NCBI RefSeq assembly: GCF_009914755.1
Contig: NC_060936.1
Source: the human T2T-CHM13v2.0 reference genome, Homo sapiens
Length of the DNA stretch: 64,000 nucleotides
Reading direction: 5' to 3' (one strand)
Shown here: in pieces, positions 61,936 to 64,000 of the stretch
Position numbering within the stretch: position 1 is the first letter of the stretch
How the letters are laid out: the number at the start of each line of letters is the position of its first letter
Notes under the pieces: model-generated
What the model was told of the DNA's origin: nothing
The model's database searches: none
Seen by the model: only the letters and a program-made list of their open reading frames with translations
Made by a program: the position numbers and the translations under genes

Positions 61936-63813
61936 CTATTGAGAACTCTCTGAGTGCCAATCACTGTGCTGGGCCTGTGCAGATCCTTCATCTTCTTTTA
62001 TCTTCACCACAATCTGAGATGTGGGTATTATTTTTCCTTGCTCTACAGACACAGAAATAAAGCAATTGTCCAAGATCTCAAAGATGGAAAGAGGCCAAGT
62101 TAGGATGAAAACCCAGATCTTCTAAACATACACCGCCCCAATAGTCTTCCCAGGAACACTGTACAGCCTTCATGTAGTATGTATATGTACATGTTTCCTG
62201 TATAACAAAGAGACCAGAAGCTTCCCTGGTGCTGGGGGCTATGGGGAGAGCCCAAGGGAGAGGACACCCGCTCCCACTCTGCTGCAACACACAGCACTCT
62301 GCTCAGGGATGGGGCAGTGGCGTGTTATTGTTACACAAGGGGCTCTCTGTCAGGGAGGGAAGATAAGTCTGTTCTGTAGTGTTTGCCATTTTCCGTGGTG
62401 CAAATATTCCATGGCTGATTTCAAGCTGCCACCATGATGTCACTGAATGCAGAGCTGGGAAGAGATGCACACAATCAGGTCTCCTGAGTTTGCTCAAGCA
62501 GGCCCAGCACACCATGGGCCAGGGGTGAAGAAAGGGAGACTGTCCCAGGCTGGGAGTCAGGAACACACATCCAGGAACAAACTGCTGGTGCCTGAGAGAG
62601 GAAGGGGATTGGACAAAGCTTCCAACTCTGGGGGACCCTGAGAGGGGAAGAGGGAAGTGTTCAGACAAGAACTTGAGTTGAGAGTCCAGACACACCCATC
62701 CAGGGCTTAGTACCCAGCCACTGCAACCCTGACCCAATCAGGTTCAGCCAGTTGGGTGCCCTGCTGCTAGCAACAGCTCCTGATTTGGCAAATATTATGA
62801 GGCCTGTTACTAAGGACAGCCTCCCAATACCCCAGAGGGTGAAGAGCAACTTCCAGGGGAAAGTTGCCAAGATTCTTACACCCTGAGGATGTTCAGTCGA
62901 AGCTGCAGCAGGAACTCCCGGACTGGGAGACAGGGTGGGGGATTACATGGACCAGCTCCCTCCCACTCAACCATCTCGCCAGCTTCTCTCCCATGGCCAT
63001 CTGAGTGCTGTGCCCTGGGTGTTGGAAGTAAGGTTCTGCCCGTCTTCAAGGAACTTCCATCTGAGAGGAGATCTGTATTTTCAAAACTGCAAGCTACAAC
63101 CCACTAGTGGATTGTGAAATCAATTGCATGAGTCTTTACCAGCACATGAGTGTGCATCACAGGTAGTAAGGGTAATATTGCACCATGAAATTTTGTTTGG
63201 GGTGTGTGTGTGTGTGCGCGCATGCAGAACTGTAATATAAAATGAATTTATTATTAGAGATCACTGTTCAAAAAAAGTTTCAGAAATTCCCTGACAGAGG
63301 AAGTGGTACCCACACCCAAACACACACAAACCCAAGAAAATAAGACCAGAAACAGGAGCAGCGTTAGGTGTCAGGACTTGGGGATAGAACATAGAGGTTT
63401 AGTCTGGGAAACTTTTCCAAAGGAGAGAAGTAATGAAAAGCAGAGTTAGAAAAGGGAAACAAGAAACTGAGGCATCTCTCCCAATCTATCCTGGAAGGGA
63501 GAGGAAATTCTCTTAATATCTAATCTAATCCCTAAACCCGCTGATGTGCTCTTCCCTGAAGCCCACCTACTCCTCAAAAGGAAAACCCACAGGTCCCTCC
63601 TCCAGGTAACCACCTTTTCTGGGTCATGACAGTGACACAGCTGGTCGGGGCTAGGGAGGGTGGAGTGAGCTGGGCTCGGGGGCACAAACAGCGGCATGCT
63701 GGGCACAGCCAGGCAGGAGGGCCCAGCGCTGCAGGTGCTGGGGCAACACAGAACAATACCAGATTCATGCCTGCCCTTGGGAAACGTAGACTCTAGTTAA
63801 GAAGACCAAAGTA

Positions 63814-64000
63814 GGCTGGGCATGGTGGCTCACGCCTGTAATACCAGCACTTTGGGAGGCCAAGGTGAACCGATCACGAGGTCAGGAGTTCGAGACCAGC
63901 CTGACCAACATGGCGAAAGCCCATCTCTACTAAAAATACAAAAATTAGCCAGGTGTGGTGGCACATGCCTGTAGTCCCAGCTACTTGGGAGGCTGAGGCA
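63814..64000 (+). mobile_element. Alu (S-like), cut by the window end
   Basis: Alu left arm and start of right arm. Confidence 0.9.

Overview
Primate, almost certainly human, genomic DNA from the type II (basic) keratin gene cluster, recognised as 12q13.13 from protein sequence and gene order. It holds three complete 9-exon genes, all on the minus strand: KRT4 (CDS 9527-16516, 520 aa), KRT79 (24329-36718, 535 aa) and KRT78 (41570-51418, 520 aa). I assembled each exon by hand from GT-AG boundaries, and each CDS sums to an intact frame. The rest is intergenic or intronic DNA with about 26 Alus, L1 fragments, an ancient L3/CR1 fossil, THE1 and MLT1 solo LTRs, MIR/L2 remnants and simple repeats. 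There is no prokaryotic-type system (CRISPR, operon or similar), and I cannot support a wholly new biological system here. The best leads are: an in-frame alternative first exon giving a headless K78; inverted Alus bracketing KRT78 exons 5-6 (circRNA or in-frame skipping); a THE1 LTR with a perfect DUX4 site and intact splice donor just upstream of KRT4; an open frame through the KRT4 core promoter; GATAAAA instead of TATA at KRT78 and KRT79; and several nested or duplicated retroelement structures readable from target-site duplications (TSDs).
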